A stretch of 64,000 bases of DNA from Blastocatellia bacterium. Lineage in GTDB: Bacteria > Acidobacteriota > Blastocatellia > UBA7656. The DNA lies in contig CAVXWP010000009.1 of the NCBI GenBank assembly GCA_963765495.1, positions 846,650 to 910,649 of the forward strand. Direction: 5' to 3'. The notes below the pieces were generated by a model. That model searched no databases. It saw nothing but the letters and a program-made list of their open reading frames with translations, and had not been told where the DNA came from. Positions 1 through 9,475 of this stretch are shown in pieces (the first letter of the stretch is position 1; each line of letters begins with the position of its first letter). The position numbers were made by a program, and so were the translations under genes.

Positions 1-442
1 CCCCCAGACCGTATATGCAAGAGACGCTGGCTACGATCACGCAGTCACGCCGTTCAAACAGGCTCCGCGTGGCCGACAGCCTCAGCCGGTCGATCTCTTC
101 ATTGATCGTAGCCTCTTTCTCGATGAATGTGTCGGTAGAGGGAATGTAAGCTTCGGGCTGATAGTAGTCATAATAACTAACAAAATACTCTATGGCGTTA
201 TGAGGAAAAAAAGATTTGAACTCCTGATAAAGCTGCGCGGCAAGTGTCTTGTTATGAGCCATGACAAGCACAGGCCGGTTGATATGCTCGATGACGGCGG
301 CAAGCGAAAACGTCTTTCCGCTCCCGGTCACGCCGAGCAGCACCTGATGCTCGGCCCCTTCCCGGATGCCGCGTACGAGTTGCTCTATTGCCTGGGGCTG
401 ATCTCCCTGGGGCACATAATCCGATACGAGTTTGAAATCCAT
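1..442 (-). CDS. uvrB: Excinuclease ABC subunit B, 5' part (runs off window start)
   Basis: Manual minus-strand translation from ATG at 442: [22 protein letters not shown]...[12 protein letters not shown]...[16 protein letters not shown]...[13 protein letters not shown]. These are the UvrB signature motifs. Confidence 0.95.
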   Translation of the reverse strand, partial: MDFKLVSDYVPQGDQPQAIEQLVRGIREGAEHQVLLGVTGSGKTFSLAAVIEHINRPVLVMAHNKTLAAQLYQEFKSFFPHNAIEYFVSYYDYYQPEAYIPSTDTFIEKEATINEEIDRLRLSATRSLFERRDCVIVASVSCIYGLG

Positions 443-621
443 TGATCGCCTTTCTCTGTCTGTCTGTCGCGCCGCTTCAAATCTGAGCGCCAGCGACGAC
501 GCATACGGTAACACCCGTTTGAGAGATTATACAGGCAGTCGAAAAGGGCAAGCAATCGAGGTAAAACAGACCGCGATGAGAAAAAAAATTGCCTGAATAT
601 AGATGGTTCGGCGATGTTCTC

Positions 622-650
622 TTGACATTAAAACTCACGATGTCGATAAT
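622..650 (+). promoter_or_regulatory. sigma70-like promoter upstream of purC
   Basis: TTGACA(622-627)-N17-GATAAT(645-650). Confidence 0.5.
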
Positions 651-735
651 GCGACTTGCCATCACAAAACCAAAAAAATCGATAGCATATATCCTCGCAA
701 ATTGACAGTTTTACTCTGATAGAAAGGACAAAACA

Positions 736-1623
736 ATTAGTAAAGTAATCACTCAAACCGACATCCCCGGCGTAGAGCTTTTCCGGCGCGGCAAGGTGCG
801 TGATGTTTATGCCGTTGAAGACAAGCTGCTCATTATTGCGACCGACCGCATCTCGGCCTTCGACGTAGTGCTTCCGAGTGCCATCCCGCGCAAAGGCGAA
901 GTGTTAACAAAGCTTTCGCTCTTCTGGTTCGATTTCTTCAAAGACAGGGTAGCCAATCACCTGATCACGACCGATGTTGATTCGTATCCGTCTCCGCTTG
1001 CCGATTACCGCGATCAGATCGAATCTCGCTCGATGCTTGTCACGCGCGCTGATGTGTTCCCTATAGAATGCGTGGCGCGTGGCTATTTGAGCGGGTCGGG
1101 CTGGAAGGAGTATCAAAAGACGGGCGAGGTCTGCGGCATAAAATTGCCCTCCGGGCTCACCGAATCCGACAAGCTCTCCGAGCCTATTTTCACCCCGGCT
1201 ACTAAGGAAGAGACCGGACACGATATAAACATCAGCGAGCGCGAGATGGCAAACCGCATTGGCGAAGAAGCGACCCGAAAGCTCAAAGAGTTGACGCTTA
1301 CCATCTACTCCGAAGCCGCCCGATATGCCTTGAGCCGGGATATAATCATCGCCGATACCAAGTTTGAGTTCGGCGAAAAAGACGGGAAAATTCTTCTGGT
1401 AGACGAAGTGCTGACTCCGGATTCATCGCGATTCTGGCCAAACGAAACATACGCGCCGGGTCGCGCCCAGCAATCTTTTGATAAGCAGTACGTGCGCGAT
1501 TATCTGGAGACTCTCGATTGGAACAAACAACCTCCGGGGCCAAACCTCCCCGATACGGTGGCAGAGAAGACCAGCGAAAAATACCTTGAGGCATACAGCC
1601 TGCTGACGGGCCGGGAAATTTGA
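736..1623 (+). CDS. purC: Phosphoribosylaminoimidazolesuccinocarboxamide (SAICAR) synthase
   Basis: Motifs RGKVRDVY, TDRISAFD, ADTKFEFG, DEVLTPDSSRFW. Start extended from GTG796 to a probable ATT at 736. Confidence 0.95.
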   Translation: MSKVITQTDIPGVELFRRGKVRDVYAVEDKLLIIATDRISAFDVVLPSAIPRKGEVLTKLSLFWFDFFKDRVANHLITTDVDSYPSPLADYRDQIESRSMLVTRADVFPIECVARGYLSGSGWKEYQKTGEVCGIKLPSGLTESDKLSEPIFTPATKEETGHDINISEREMANRIGEEATRKLKELTLTIYSEAARYALSRDIIIADTKFEFGEKDGKILLVDEVLTPDSSRFWPNETYAPGRAQQSFDKQYVRDYLETLDWNKQPPGPNLPDTVAEKTSEKYLEAYSLLTGREI

Positions 1624-1629
1624 GAGATA

Positions 1630-1700
1630 TTAGGTTTTGGATTTTGGATTGGCCGGACACAATCGGGCCCGGTTTTTCAAGTCCAAAATCCAAAACCTAA
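1630..1700. repeat. Heptamer-repeat inverted pair (TTTTGGA/TCCAAAA)
   Basis: TTAGGTTTTGGATTTTGGA ... TCCAAAATCCAAAACCTAA. Confidence 0.8.
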
Positions 1701-1714
1701 TGTCGGGAACGGTA

Positions 1715-2239
1715 ATGACGGTTCTCGATTACTTCGTTCTGATTGTCGTCCTGGCATCTGTAGTCTCAGGAGTCACAAAAGGTATTCTCAAAGGCATTAT
1801 TTCGATAATCTCTGCGCTGGCCGGGCTGGTTGCAGCCGCCTATCTGTATACGTATGCGGCAACCCTGTTTAGCCGTTTTACCGAGACGGCGCGGGCGGCA
1901 AATCTTCTGGGGTTTGTGGCAATCTTTTTGCTTGTGCTCATTGCCGGGAGCCTTTTAGCAAGACGGCTGCGCGGCTTGCTAAAGCGTGCCAGGCTCAATT
2001 GGATAGATCGCGCTCTGGGAGCCGTTTTCGGGCTCTTGAGGGGCTGGCTCATCTGCTCGGCTATATACCTGGCGTTGACTGCTTTCCCGGTACGGCTCGA
2101 CGCAGTCGAGCGAGCCATGTTTGCGCCCGCGCTCCTGGAAGGGACGCGAGTAATCGCCTATTTGACTTCACGCGAGTTGAGAGATCGGTTTCTGGATGGT
2201 TACAGGTCTGTACAGAATTTGTGGGAGCAAAAAACTTAG
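1715..2239 (+). CDS. cvpA: CvpA family (colicin V production) membrane protein
   Basis: MTVLDY..., DRALGAVFGLLRG motif, 4 TM segments, next to a pur gene. Confidence 0.85.
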   Translation: MTVLDYFVLIVVLASVVSGVTKGILKGIISIISALAGLVAAAYLYTYAATLFSRFTETARAANLLGFVAIFLLVLIAGSLLARRLRGLLKRARLNWIDRALGAVFGLLRGWLICSAIYLALTAFPVRLDAVERAMFAPALLEGTRVIAYLTSRELRDRFLDGYRSVQNLWEQKT

Positions 2240-2278
2240 AAAACAAAAAACTGTGCCCCCGCGATTACAGGAGATGCT

Positions 2279-2578
2279 ATGACGATGAAGGCCCGGTTAG
2301 AAACGCTTGTGACTGAGATGGTTGAGAGGGGAATTCTTTTTGAGGATGCGGTTGCGGAATTCGAAAAACATTTCATTCTTTCTGTGCTTGATCGGACTAA
2401 TGGCAATATGTCAAAGGCCGCCGAAGAGCTTCGCATTCACCGCAACACATTATCCAAGCGCATAGAAAAATATTATCAGAACGGTAATATGACGGACGGC
2501 CATCGCCGCCTGCCTCGCACGCGAAAAAAATCTCAAACCAGGCGAGTGGCAAGCGCCCCCACGCGTAAAAGAAGATGA
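2279..2578 (+). CDS. Fis-type HTH protein
   Basis: GNMSKAAEELRIHRNTLSKR HTH_8 motif. Confidence 0.8.
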   Translation: MTMKARLETLVTEMVERGILFEDAVAEFEKHFILSVLDRTNGNMSKAAEELRIHRNTLSKRIEKYYQNGNMTDGHRRLPRTRKKSQTRRVASAPTRKRR

Positions 2579-2670
2579 GAAACCGGCAGATAAGACGTGG
2601 CAAGCAGAAGCCGCTTAACCGGATCGCTCTTTCAAATGAGAACGACTTTTGATGGCACCCCGGCCCGGCT

Positions 2671-3720
2671 TCACAGGATTAAGTTCAAATCGCCAAACTC
2701 GTGCCATAAATAACCTTCTCTTACCGCCTCTTCGTATGATTGCCTTATCTCTTCCGCAGGCAAAAACGCCGTCAATAGATCGAGGTGGCTGGCCTCGGGC
2801 TCGTGCAAACCTGTGAGCAGGCCATCCACACCCCTCAGAATGTGATCGGATGTTATCCGTAGTCGCGTGTATCCGTGACCTGATTGCACGAATCCCTCTT
2901 TATCGGCGGTTGACTCTATGGCTCTCACAACCGTTGTGCCCACAGCGATGACGCGCTTGCCCTCGGCGCGAGCGCGGTTTATCTTGTCGGCCGCCGTTTC
3001 GCTTATCATGTACTCCTCTTCCGAAGCCGGATGCTGCGCGTCAAGATCGTCATCCATATAAGATGACAACCCCGTGTGCAACAATATGTAAGCCGTCTCG
3101 ACGCCCCGGCGTTTCAGATCAAAAAGCAGTTTCCAGGTAAAAGCCCGCCCCGCCGACGGCATCTCGGCAGAACCCGGCTCCTGCGCGTATACGGTTTGAT
3201 AATAATCCAGGTCCCACGGCGCCGATACGTATTCGTAGCGAACAGGCCGTCCGAGTCTGTAGATCGAATCTACAAGCTCGGTTCCGCTTTTTGAGAAGCG
3301 TAACCTCCAAAGTCTGGGAATGTTTTCGTCGCGGTCATAAACCGATCCCGCCAGCCCTTCGCCGAAGTCTATCTCCATTCCGCCCCTTAACCCGCACGAG
3401 AACGGGTCTCCGTCCTCACACAACAGCAGCGCAAGCCACGAATCATCAGGCAAATGCTCGGCCAGCCGGACCTCAATGCAAGGCCCGCCCAGCACGCGGC
3501 AACCCTTTAAGGAGGCGGGAAGCGTGCGGCTGGTGTTGAAAACCAGGAGATCACCCGAGCCTATGAATTCCCCTAGATGATCGAAGCGAGTGTGAACAAC
3601 TCGCCCCGTTTTGCGATCATTGACCATCAGCCGGACTCTATCGCGTGCAATGCCTCGGCGCTCAGGCGGCTCTTTCGCCTGAAGCTCAAGTGGGAGTGTG
3701 AAATGAAATGGAGTAGCCAT
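2671..3720 (-). CDS. QueA-like SAM:tRNA ribosyltransferase-isomerase family protein (SDR-associated paralog type)
   Basis: YQTVYA, GSAEMPSAG, AVGTTVVRAIE, LLTGLHEP, HEFGD motifs. Confidence 0.8.
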   Translation of the reverse strand: MATPFHFTLPLELQAKEPPERRGIARDRVRLMVNDRKTGRVVHTRFDHLGEFIGSGDLLVFNTSRTLPASLKGCRVLGGPCIEVRLAEHLPDDSWLALLLCEDGDPFSCGLRGGMEIDFGEGLAGSVYDRDENIPRLWRLRFSKSGTELVDSIYRLGRPVRYEYVSAPWDLDYYQTVYAQEPGSAEMPSAGRAFTWKLLFDLKRRGVETAYILLHTGLSSYMDDDLDAQHPASEEEYMISETAADKINRARAEGKRVIAVGTTVVRAIESTADKEGFVQSGHGYTRLRITSDHILRGVDGLLTGLHEPEASHLDLLTAFLPAEEIRQSYEEAVREGYLWHEFGDLNLIL

Positions 3721-3751
3721 ATTCGCTCCTGCATCAAATTAACCTGCGAAA

Positions 3752-4522
3752 TTAACCTGCATCGGCCGACAGCTTCTTATCCGAGCGCCCCCAGTCTTCC
3801 TCCTGCGCCTGGAATCTTTGCCCGTTCACTTCCCGGCTTTCATCCGAGGCCAGATAGATAAATACATCGGTCACATCGGCGGGATCGGCCCACTGAGTCG
3901 GGTCTTCCTCCGGTTCGGCGGCCCTATGCATATCAGTGTTCATCTCGCCGGGGTCCACCCAGTTGATGCGCACACCCGATTCGTCGAGTTCCGCAGCCCA
4001 GGTCTCGGTCATTCCCTCAATACCGAATTTAGATATACCGTAAGCGCCCCATCCGGGATAACCTACACGCCCCGCGTCACTCGTCACGTTTATAATTGAT
4101 CCGCCGTGTTCGAGCATGGCCGGCAACGCCTTTTTGATTATCAGGTACGGAGCGATCAGATTTACATCTATTACCCGGCGGAAGTCTTCGAGCGGATAAT
4201 CGAGCAGATAAGGCATCGGTGTGGGGCCGAGGTCAGAGGCATTGTTTACGAGCACATCAAGGCGGCCTCCGAATTCGGCAAGCGTAGTCGCAACGACACG
4301 CTCGACATCTTCCTGACGGCTGAGATCCGCTTCTATCGCTACGACCTTCGCGTCGGGCGCAATCTGCTTGATTCTGTCCCGGACGCCTTTTAAGGCTTCA
4401 AGGTTACGCGCTGAGATGGATATGCCGCTTGCGCCCTGTCGGGCGAAATCAATGGCGAGTTGCTCTCCCAGCCCCTTTGAAGCCCCCGTAATCATTATGT
4501 GTTTGCCCTTAACTCTATCCAT
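3752..4522 (-). CDS. SDR family oxidoreductase
   Basis: TGASKGLG, NNAS, YGISK; AGGAGG RBS before ATG4522. Confidence 0.9.
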   Translation of the reverse strand: MDRVKGKHIMITGASKGLGEQLAIDFARQGASGISISARNLEALKGVRDRIKQIAPDAKVVAIEADLSRQEDVERVVATTLAEFGGRLDVLVNNASDLGPTPMPYLLDYPLEDFRRVIDVNLIAPYLIIKKALPAMLEHGGSIINVTSDAGRVGYPGWGAYGISKFGIEGMTETWAAELDESGVRINWVDPGEMNTDMHRAAEPEEDPTQWADPADVTDVFIYLASDESREVNGQRFQAQEEDWGRSDKKLSADAG

Positions 4523-4618
4523 AATTTCCTCCTGGCCTGACAGAGGGCCTTGGCCCTCTGTCAACTCTTCTCACGAAAATCCCGGCACGAACGCCCCCCG
4601 GCACAATCTAGCTTGCGC

Positions 4619-4651
4619 TTCATTGCCCCTCATTGCCCTTCATTGCCCTTT
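4619..4651. repeat. Tandem 10-mer repeat (TCATTGCCCY x3)
   Basis: tcattgcccc tcattgccct tcattgccct. Confidence 0.7.
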
Positions 4652-4979
4652 ACTGGATGTGTCTTTCGAGAACTTCCGAGAGCACATCCTTGCTGACTGC
4701 GCCGACTACGCGATCCTCTTCTTTGCCGCCCTTAAACAGTATCAGCGTAGGAATCCCTCGCACGCCGTAGCGCCCCGCCGTTTCATGATTTTCGTCCACG
4801 TTCAGCTTTACGACCTTCGCCTTGCCCTGATACTTCTCCGCAAGCGCTTCAACGGTCGGAGCTATCATTCGACACGGTCCGCACCATGTCGCCCAGAAAT
4901 CCACAAGTACCGGCTGCTCCGATTGAAGCACATCCGTTTCAAAACTGTTGTCGCTCGTGTCATTAACGTAATTGCTCAT
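4650..4979 (-). CDS. trxA: Thioredoxin
   Basis: DFWATWCGPC, GIPTL. Confidence 0.95.
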   Translation of the reverse strand: MSNYVNDTSDNSFETDVLQSEQPVLVDFWATWCGPCRMIAPTVEALAEKYQGKAKVVKLNVDENHETAGRYGVRGIPTLILFKGGKEEDRVVGAVSKDVLSEVLERHIQ

Positions 4980-5047
4980 GCTTTGTCTCCTTACCAAATA
5001 TTTGTAACTGCTTCTGCTACAGATCGGATCAAAAAAATTTCAGACCA

Positions 5048-5482
5048 TCATTTCTTTGACTTCGACTGCTTCCTGACGGATTCGAGTATTTCCTCAACCG
5101 TAATCTCTGATAAAACCTGTTCCATAGCCGTTTCGACTCTGCTTAACACATCACCGAGCACCGGCGCGATGTTTGCGCCTATGCGGCAGCCGGGGTCAGG
5201 CGGCTGCCGATGCAGAGAGAATATCTCTCCTCCTTCGACCGCCCTATACACATCGAGAAGGCTTATCTGGTTCGGAGCGCGGGTTAGCTTCGAGCCGCCG
5301 TATGCGCCCGTCTGCGATGTGATAAGCGAGGCTTTTGAAAGTGCCGACATAATCCGTCTTATTACAACCGGATTCGTGTTAACGCTACAGGCCATGTCTT
5401 CCGACTTTAATTGCTCATCGTCGTAATAAGCCATCAGCGCCAACATATGTACGGCCACCGCAAAACGACTGCTTCCTGACAT
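5048..5482 (-). CDS. Rrf2 family transcriptional regulator (HypR/YwnA-like)
   Basis: SSRFAVAVH, SVNTNPVVIRR, ISLLDVYRAVE, C-x-IG. Confidence 0.9.
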   Translation of the reverse strand: MSGSSRFAVAVHMLALMAYYDDEQLKSEDMACSVNTNPVVIRRIMSALSKASLITSQTGAYGGSKLTRAPNQISLLDVYRAVEGGEIFSLHRQPPDPGCRIGANIAPVLGDVLSRVETAMEQVLSEITVEEILESVRKQSKSKK

Positions 5483-5497
5483 ATCATCCCTCTTTAC

Positions 5498-5532
5498 TGT
5501 AACAAGTATAGTTACAAATCAAAATTTGTCAA
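5498..5532 (-). promoter_or_regulatory. Promoter with overlapping palindromic operator of the Rrf2 operon
   Basis: Minus strand TTGACA-N16-TATACT; palindrome TGTAAC-N7-GTTACA at 5498-5516 overlaps the -10 box. Confidence 0.7.
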
Positions 5533-5844
5533 GGCCCAATTTTAGGCGATCCAATTTTTTGACTCTTCGAGCAATGGACAGAAAAAGAGTAATAAGGTTT
5601 ATTTGAGCGAATGGAGGAGGGGAACAGGCCACGGATGCCGCGGATCAGGCGGATTTATGCGGGGCCGATCATATGATGACTAATCCGCGAAAACACGTCT
5701 GATCCGCGTTTATCCGTGGCCTATTTCTATTTTGCCTTTCAAAATTTTGGAAATCTGAATGAGTTTGCCCTACTGCTAACTGTTGCACCGAGTCCAGGTT
5801 GCCAGCTTGCGCTACCCGAGCGGCGCAAGATAAACTCTTGCCTT

Positions 5845-6897
5845 ATGGCGACAACCGAGAGTGCTCAACTGTACTTCAAGCAAGCCAAAATGATCGGGCC
5901 GGTAGTATCGAATCCGCCGGTCTGTTTGTATCTGGAAACAACCAACCGATGTAATCTGCTCTGCCAGCACTGCCCTCGCACATTTGCTTCGGTCGAGCGC
6001 CCGGCCGATCTTTCATTCGAGCAGATGAAGCTGATCGTCGAACAGGTGCCCAACCTCAAGCAGGCAGTTCTACACGGCATCGGCGAGCCGTTAATCAACA
6101 AAGAATTGCCCGCTATGATCAGCTATCTGAAGGAGCGAGGCGTCTATGTTCTGTTCAATTCCAACGGCACGATGCTCTATCCGCACATTCAGAGACAGTT
6201 GATTGACAGCGGTTTGGACGAGTACCGCGTATCGCTCGACGCAGCGGACGCGAAAACATTCGCAAGGGTTAGGGGGCTTCCCCGTTTCGATCTGATTGTC
6301 AAAAACGTGCGCGAGCTTGTTGCGCTGAAGAAGCAACTTGGCATAGAGCATCCGCGCCTGTCGCTCTGGCTTGTAGGGATGAAAGAGACGCTCGCCGAGC
6401 TTGTGGCCTTTGTCCAGCTTGCCCACGATATGGGCGTAGGCGAAGTCTATTTGCAGAGGCTGGTTTTCTTTGACGACCAGCAGAACGGGCAAGGGTTTGC
6501 CCGACCCGACCAGGCGCTTTTCGGCACGGTTGATGAGGAAGAGGCGCGATTGATTGCCGAAGCCCATATGATAGCCGATGAACTGGGGGTGACGTTTCAC
6601 GCATCGGGGGCGACTACGCCAGAGCAAAGCCTGATGCCCCGCGACGATGATCAGCCGTGGAATCTGTGCCGACGCCCCTGGACGTTGATGTACATAACGG
6701 CTAACGGCAATGTGCTGCCGTGCTGCATTTCGCCCTTCGCCGAACGCGATTACGATTCGCTCATTTTAGGCAATGCGTTCGAGCAGCCTCTGATGGACAT
6801 ATGGAATGAACATCTCTATCAGAAATTCAGAAACGATCTTCAAAGCGATCACCCGCACAGCGCGTGCAAAAACTGTGGCGTGCGTTGGAGCCTGTAG
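5845..6897 (+). CDS. Radical SAM/SPASM domain protein
   Basis: CNLLCQHC; C-terminal CRRPW...G..LPCC...CKNC. Confidence 0.9.
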   Translation: MATTESAQLYFKQAKMIGPVVSNPPVCLYLETTNRCNLLCQHCPRTFASVERPADLSFEQMKLIVEQVPNLKQAVLHGIGEPLINKELPAMISYLKERGVYVLFNSNGTMLYPHIQRQLIDSGLDEYRVSLDAADAKTFARVRGLPRFDLIVKNVRELVALKKQLGIEHPRLSLWLVGMKETLAELVAFVQLAHDMGVGEVYLQRLVFFDDQQNGQGFARPDQALFGTVDEEEARLIAEAHMIADELGVTFHASGATTPEQSLMPRDDDQPWNLCRRPWTLMYITANGNVLPCCISPFAERDYDSLILGNAFEQPLMDIWNEHLYQKFRNDLQSDHPHSACKNCGVRWSL

Positions 6898-6951
6898 TCG
6901 GTGAGCCCTTTAACACGCCGGGCACGACCCTGTAAAACAGGAGATGATTTG

Positions 6952-7779
6952 ATGAGACGAGTGTTTGTGATGGCAACGATGATTTTGGCGGCTTTGCCAA
7001 TCGTTGCTTCGAGTCAGACAAAGACCAGACGCCCGCGCCGCAACGTGCGCCCCGGCCTGAGCCTGGAGCAGACCCTGAAGAAGATGGAAGGCGAATTGTT
7101 CGAAGCCTTCAAACAGCGCGACCGGGCGGCGCTTGATCGGTTGATGACCCCGGATTACATGGCCACAAATCAGGACGGGTCGACGAGCAATAAGGCGGAG
7201 ACTCTTGAGGCGTTCAAAAACGACGCGGTTTCAATCGAGTCATTCGAGACCGAAGATGTTTTGGTGCGCCCTTTGGGAAATACGGCCATCATAACCGGCC
7301 ACTCCAGGTGGAAAGGCCGCAGAGGCGGACAAGAAGCAAGCGGGCAGTTTCGCCATACAGGAGTGTGGGTCAAGCGTCAGGGGCGATGGCAGATCGTGTC
7401 GTGGCAAGAGACAGCGATAAAGGAACGAGCCGTGATCGGGAAGGAAATCACTACACCTACGGGGTTGAAATACATCGATCTGGTCGAAGGCACGGGAGAG
7501 AGCCCAAGACCCGGTCAGATGGTCACGGTAGATTATACGGGCACGCTCGAAAACGGAGAAAAATTTGATAGTTCGCTTGACAGAGGCCAGCCTTTGATTT
7601 TTCAGATCGGTGTCGGGCGCGTTATCAAAGGGTGGGATGAAGGCGTTATGAGCATGAAAGTAGGCGGCAAACGCAAGCTCATCATACCCGCGCAACTCGG
7701 CTATGGGGAGAGGGGCCGGGGCATGATTCCGCCAAACGCGACTTTGATCTTCGAGGTGGAATTGCACGGAGTGAAGTGA
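6952..7779 (+). CDS. Secreted NTF2-like (DUF4440) + FKBP-type PPIase fusion
   Basis: Signal peptide; [16 protein letters not shown]; [35 protein letters not shown]. Confidence 0.85.
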   Translation: MRRVFVMATMILAALPIVASSQTKTRRPRRNVRPGLSLEQTLKKMEGELFEAFKQRDRAALDRLMTPDYMATNQDGSTSNKAETLEAFKNDAVSIESFETEDVLVRPLGNTAIITGHSRWKGRRGGQEASGQFRHTGVWVKRQGRWQIVSWQETAIKERAVIGKEITTPTGLKYIDLVEGTGESPRPGQMVTVDYTGTLENGEKFDSSLDRGQPLIFQIGVGRVIKGWDEGVMSMKVGGKRKLIIPAQLGYGERGRGMIPPNATLIFEVELHGVK

Positions 7780-7827
7780 TTTGAGATTTGAAATCTCAGA
7801 TCTGCTTACCCGGATTGAAGTTTTGCC

Positions 7828-8826
7828 ATGAGTGGGGAACATAAACACGAGCACAAACACTCTCACGGTTCAGCAAACAACCGGCGCAGACTCTCTGTTG
7901 TGCTCGCGCTCACATTCCTTTACATGCTGGCGGAGGCAATCGGCGGGTATTTAACAAATTCGCTCGCGCTGTTGTCGGACGCGGGTCACATGATGACCGA
8001 CGTTGCCGCGCTCTCGCTGGCGCTGCTCGCGTTATGGTTCTCGACTCGGCCGATCACACCAAAGAAGACATACGGCTATTACCGTATGGAGATACTTGCG
8101 GCGCTCGCAAACGGCGTGGGTCTTGTAGTCATTTCGCTGCTGATTTTTTACGAAGCTCTGCATCGCATCAAACAGCCTCCGGCAGTCGAAGGTTTCGAAG
8201 TGACGCTGATCGCGATTGGAGGGCTGGCAATCAACGGAGTGAGCGTGTGGATGTTGCACGCGGCGTCTGCGGAAAACCTCAATATGCGCGGCGCGTTTCT
8301 GCACGTCATCAGCGATGCGCTCGGCTCGGTGGGTGCAATCACGGCGGGGCTTTTGATTTGGCTGAAGGGGTGGACGATCTCCGATCCGATTATAAGCATC
8401 GCCATGTGCCTGCTTATAATCTACGGCGCGTGGCAACTCATACGCGAATCGGTAAACGTTCTGCTGGAAGGAACGCCGTCTCATATAAACATACTCGCGG
8501 TCATAGAGGCCATGCACGAAATCGAAGGCGTCACAAGCGTACACGACCTACACGTATGGACGATCAGTTCGGGCAACGAAGCGCTTTCGGTTCACGTTAC
8601 GATTGAGCCGGGCGCATCGCACAAGGAAACCCTCGAAGCGCTTCAGTATAGGCTGCGATCAGGGTTCAAAATAGGACACCTGACCATACAGGTGGAATCG
8701 CCGGACGAGCCGGTTGTGGACAACGTCAAGCTTTACAAGATCAACCCAAGGAGCGAAACCTACACGGATGCGCCAAGCACTAGCGGTAGCCGCAAAAGCG
8801 CCGCAGCCCGGAACAGTAAAGACTAG
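7828..8826 (+). CDS. Cation diffusion facilitator (CzcD/ZitB-like)
   Basis: His-rich N-terminus, SLALLSDAGHM, HVISDALGS, HDLHVW. Confidence 0.9.
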   Translation: MSGEHKHEHKHSHGSANNRRRLSVVLALTFLYMLAEAIGGYLTNSLALLSDAGHMMTDVAALSLALLALWFSTRPITPKKTYGYYRMEILAALANGVGLVVISLLIFYEALHRIKQPPAVEGFEVTLIAIGGLAINGVSVWMLHAASAENLNMRGAFLHVISDALGSVGAITAGLLIWLKGWTISDPIISIAMCLLIIYGAWQLIRESVNVLLEGTPSHINILAVIEAMHEIEGVTSVHDLHVWTISSGNEALSVHVTIEPGASHKETLEALQYRLRSGFKIGHLTIQVESPDEPVVDNVKLYKINPRSETYTDAPSTSGSRKSAAARNSKD

Positions 8827-9475
8827 GCTGCACTCACTTCTTTCCATTGACGACGCGACCGAATTGTATCGCTGCTTTCTCAAAGATACTCTTGCGCTGA
8901 TGGAAAGCGTCCCCGAAACCGAAACCGTGATATCTTACACGCCCGCCGGGGCCGAACACCATTTTGAAGGAATAGCCTCAGGCAACCATCGCCTCCTGCT
9001 GCAACGCGGCGAGAGTTTTGGAGACAAGCTCTATCACGCGCTCGCGGATTTGCTGAGAGAAGGGTTCCGAAGCGCCGCCATTATGGACGCCGACAGCCCG
9101 ACTTTGCCTCCCCGGTATCTGGCGCAGGCATTTGAAGAACTGGCGCGACCGGGCGACCGCGTAGTCCTCGGCCCCGCCCTGGACGGAGGCTATTACCTTA
9201 TAGGGATCAAGCAACCACACAGACAACTCTTCGAGCGAATAACATGGTCGACCGAGATGGTTCTCGCCCAGACCATCGAGCGCGCAAGAGAGATAAACCT
9301 CGAAGTGTCGCTGCTTCCCGAGTGGTATGATGTAGACAACGTCACCGAATACGAGCGACTGATGGAAGAGATAAAAACCGCCGCAAACGAAAGGACCGAC
9401 TTGAACGGGTTTGCGGCAAATACCCGGCGTTTCATCCTGTCGCGCCGGTCGCAATATCAGGCAGACGGGAAGTAA
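8768..9475 (+). CDS. DUF2064/TIGR04282-type glycosyltransferase-like protein
   Basis: AKAPQPGTVKTRL, QRGESFG, DSPTLP, LGPALDGGYYLIG, DVD. Confidence 0.85.
   Translation: MRQALAVAAKAPQPGTVKTRLHSLLSIDDATELYRCFLKDTLALMESVPETETVISYTPAGAEHHFEGIASGNHRLLLQRGESFGDKLYHALADLLREGFRSAAIMDADSPTLPPRYLAQAFEELARPGDRVVLGPALDGGYYLIGIKQPHRQLFERITWSTEMVLAQTIERAREINLEVSLLPEWYDVDNVTEYERLMEEIKTAANERTDLNGFAANTRRFILSRRSQYQADGK

Noticed and set aside
200-445. 81-aa plus-strand ORF
   Set aside because: Antisense shadow of uvrB
4368-5426. 352-aa plus-strand ORF
   Set aside because: Antisense to SDR, trxA and rrf2; no recognisable motifs
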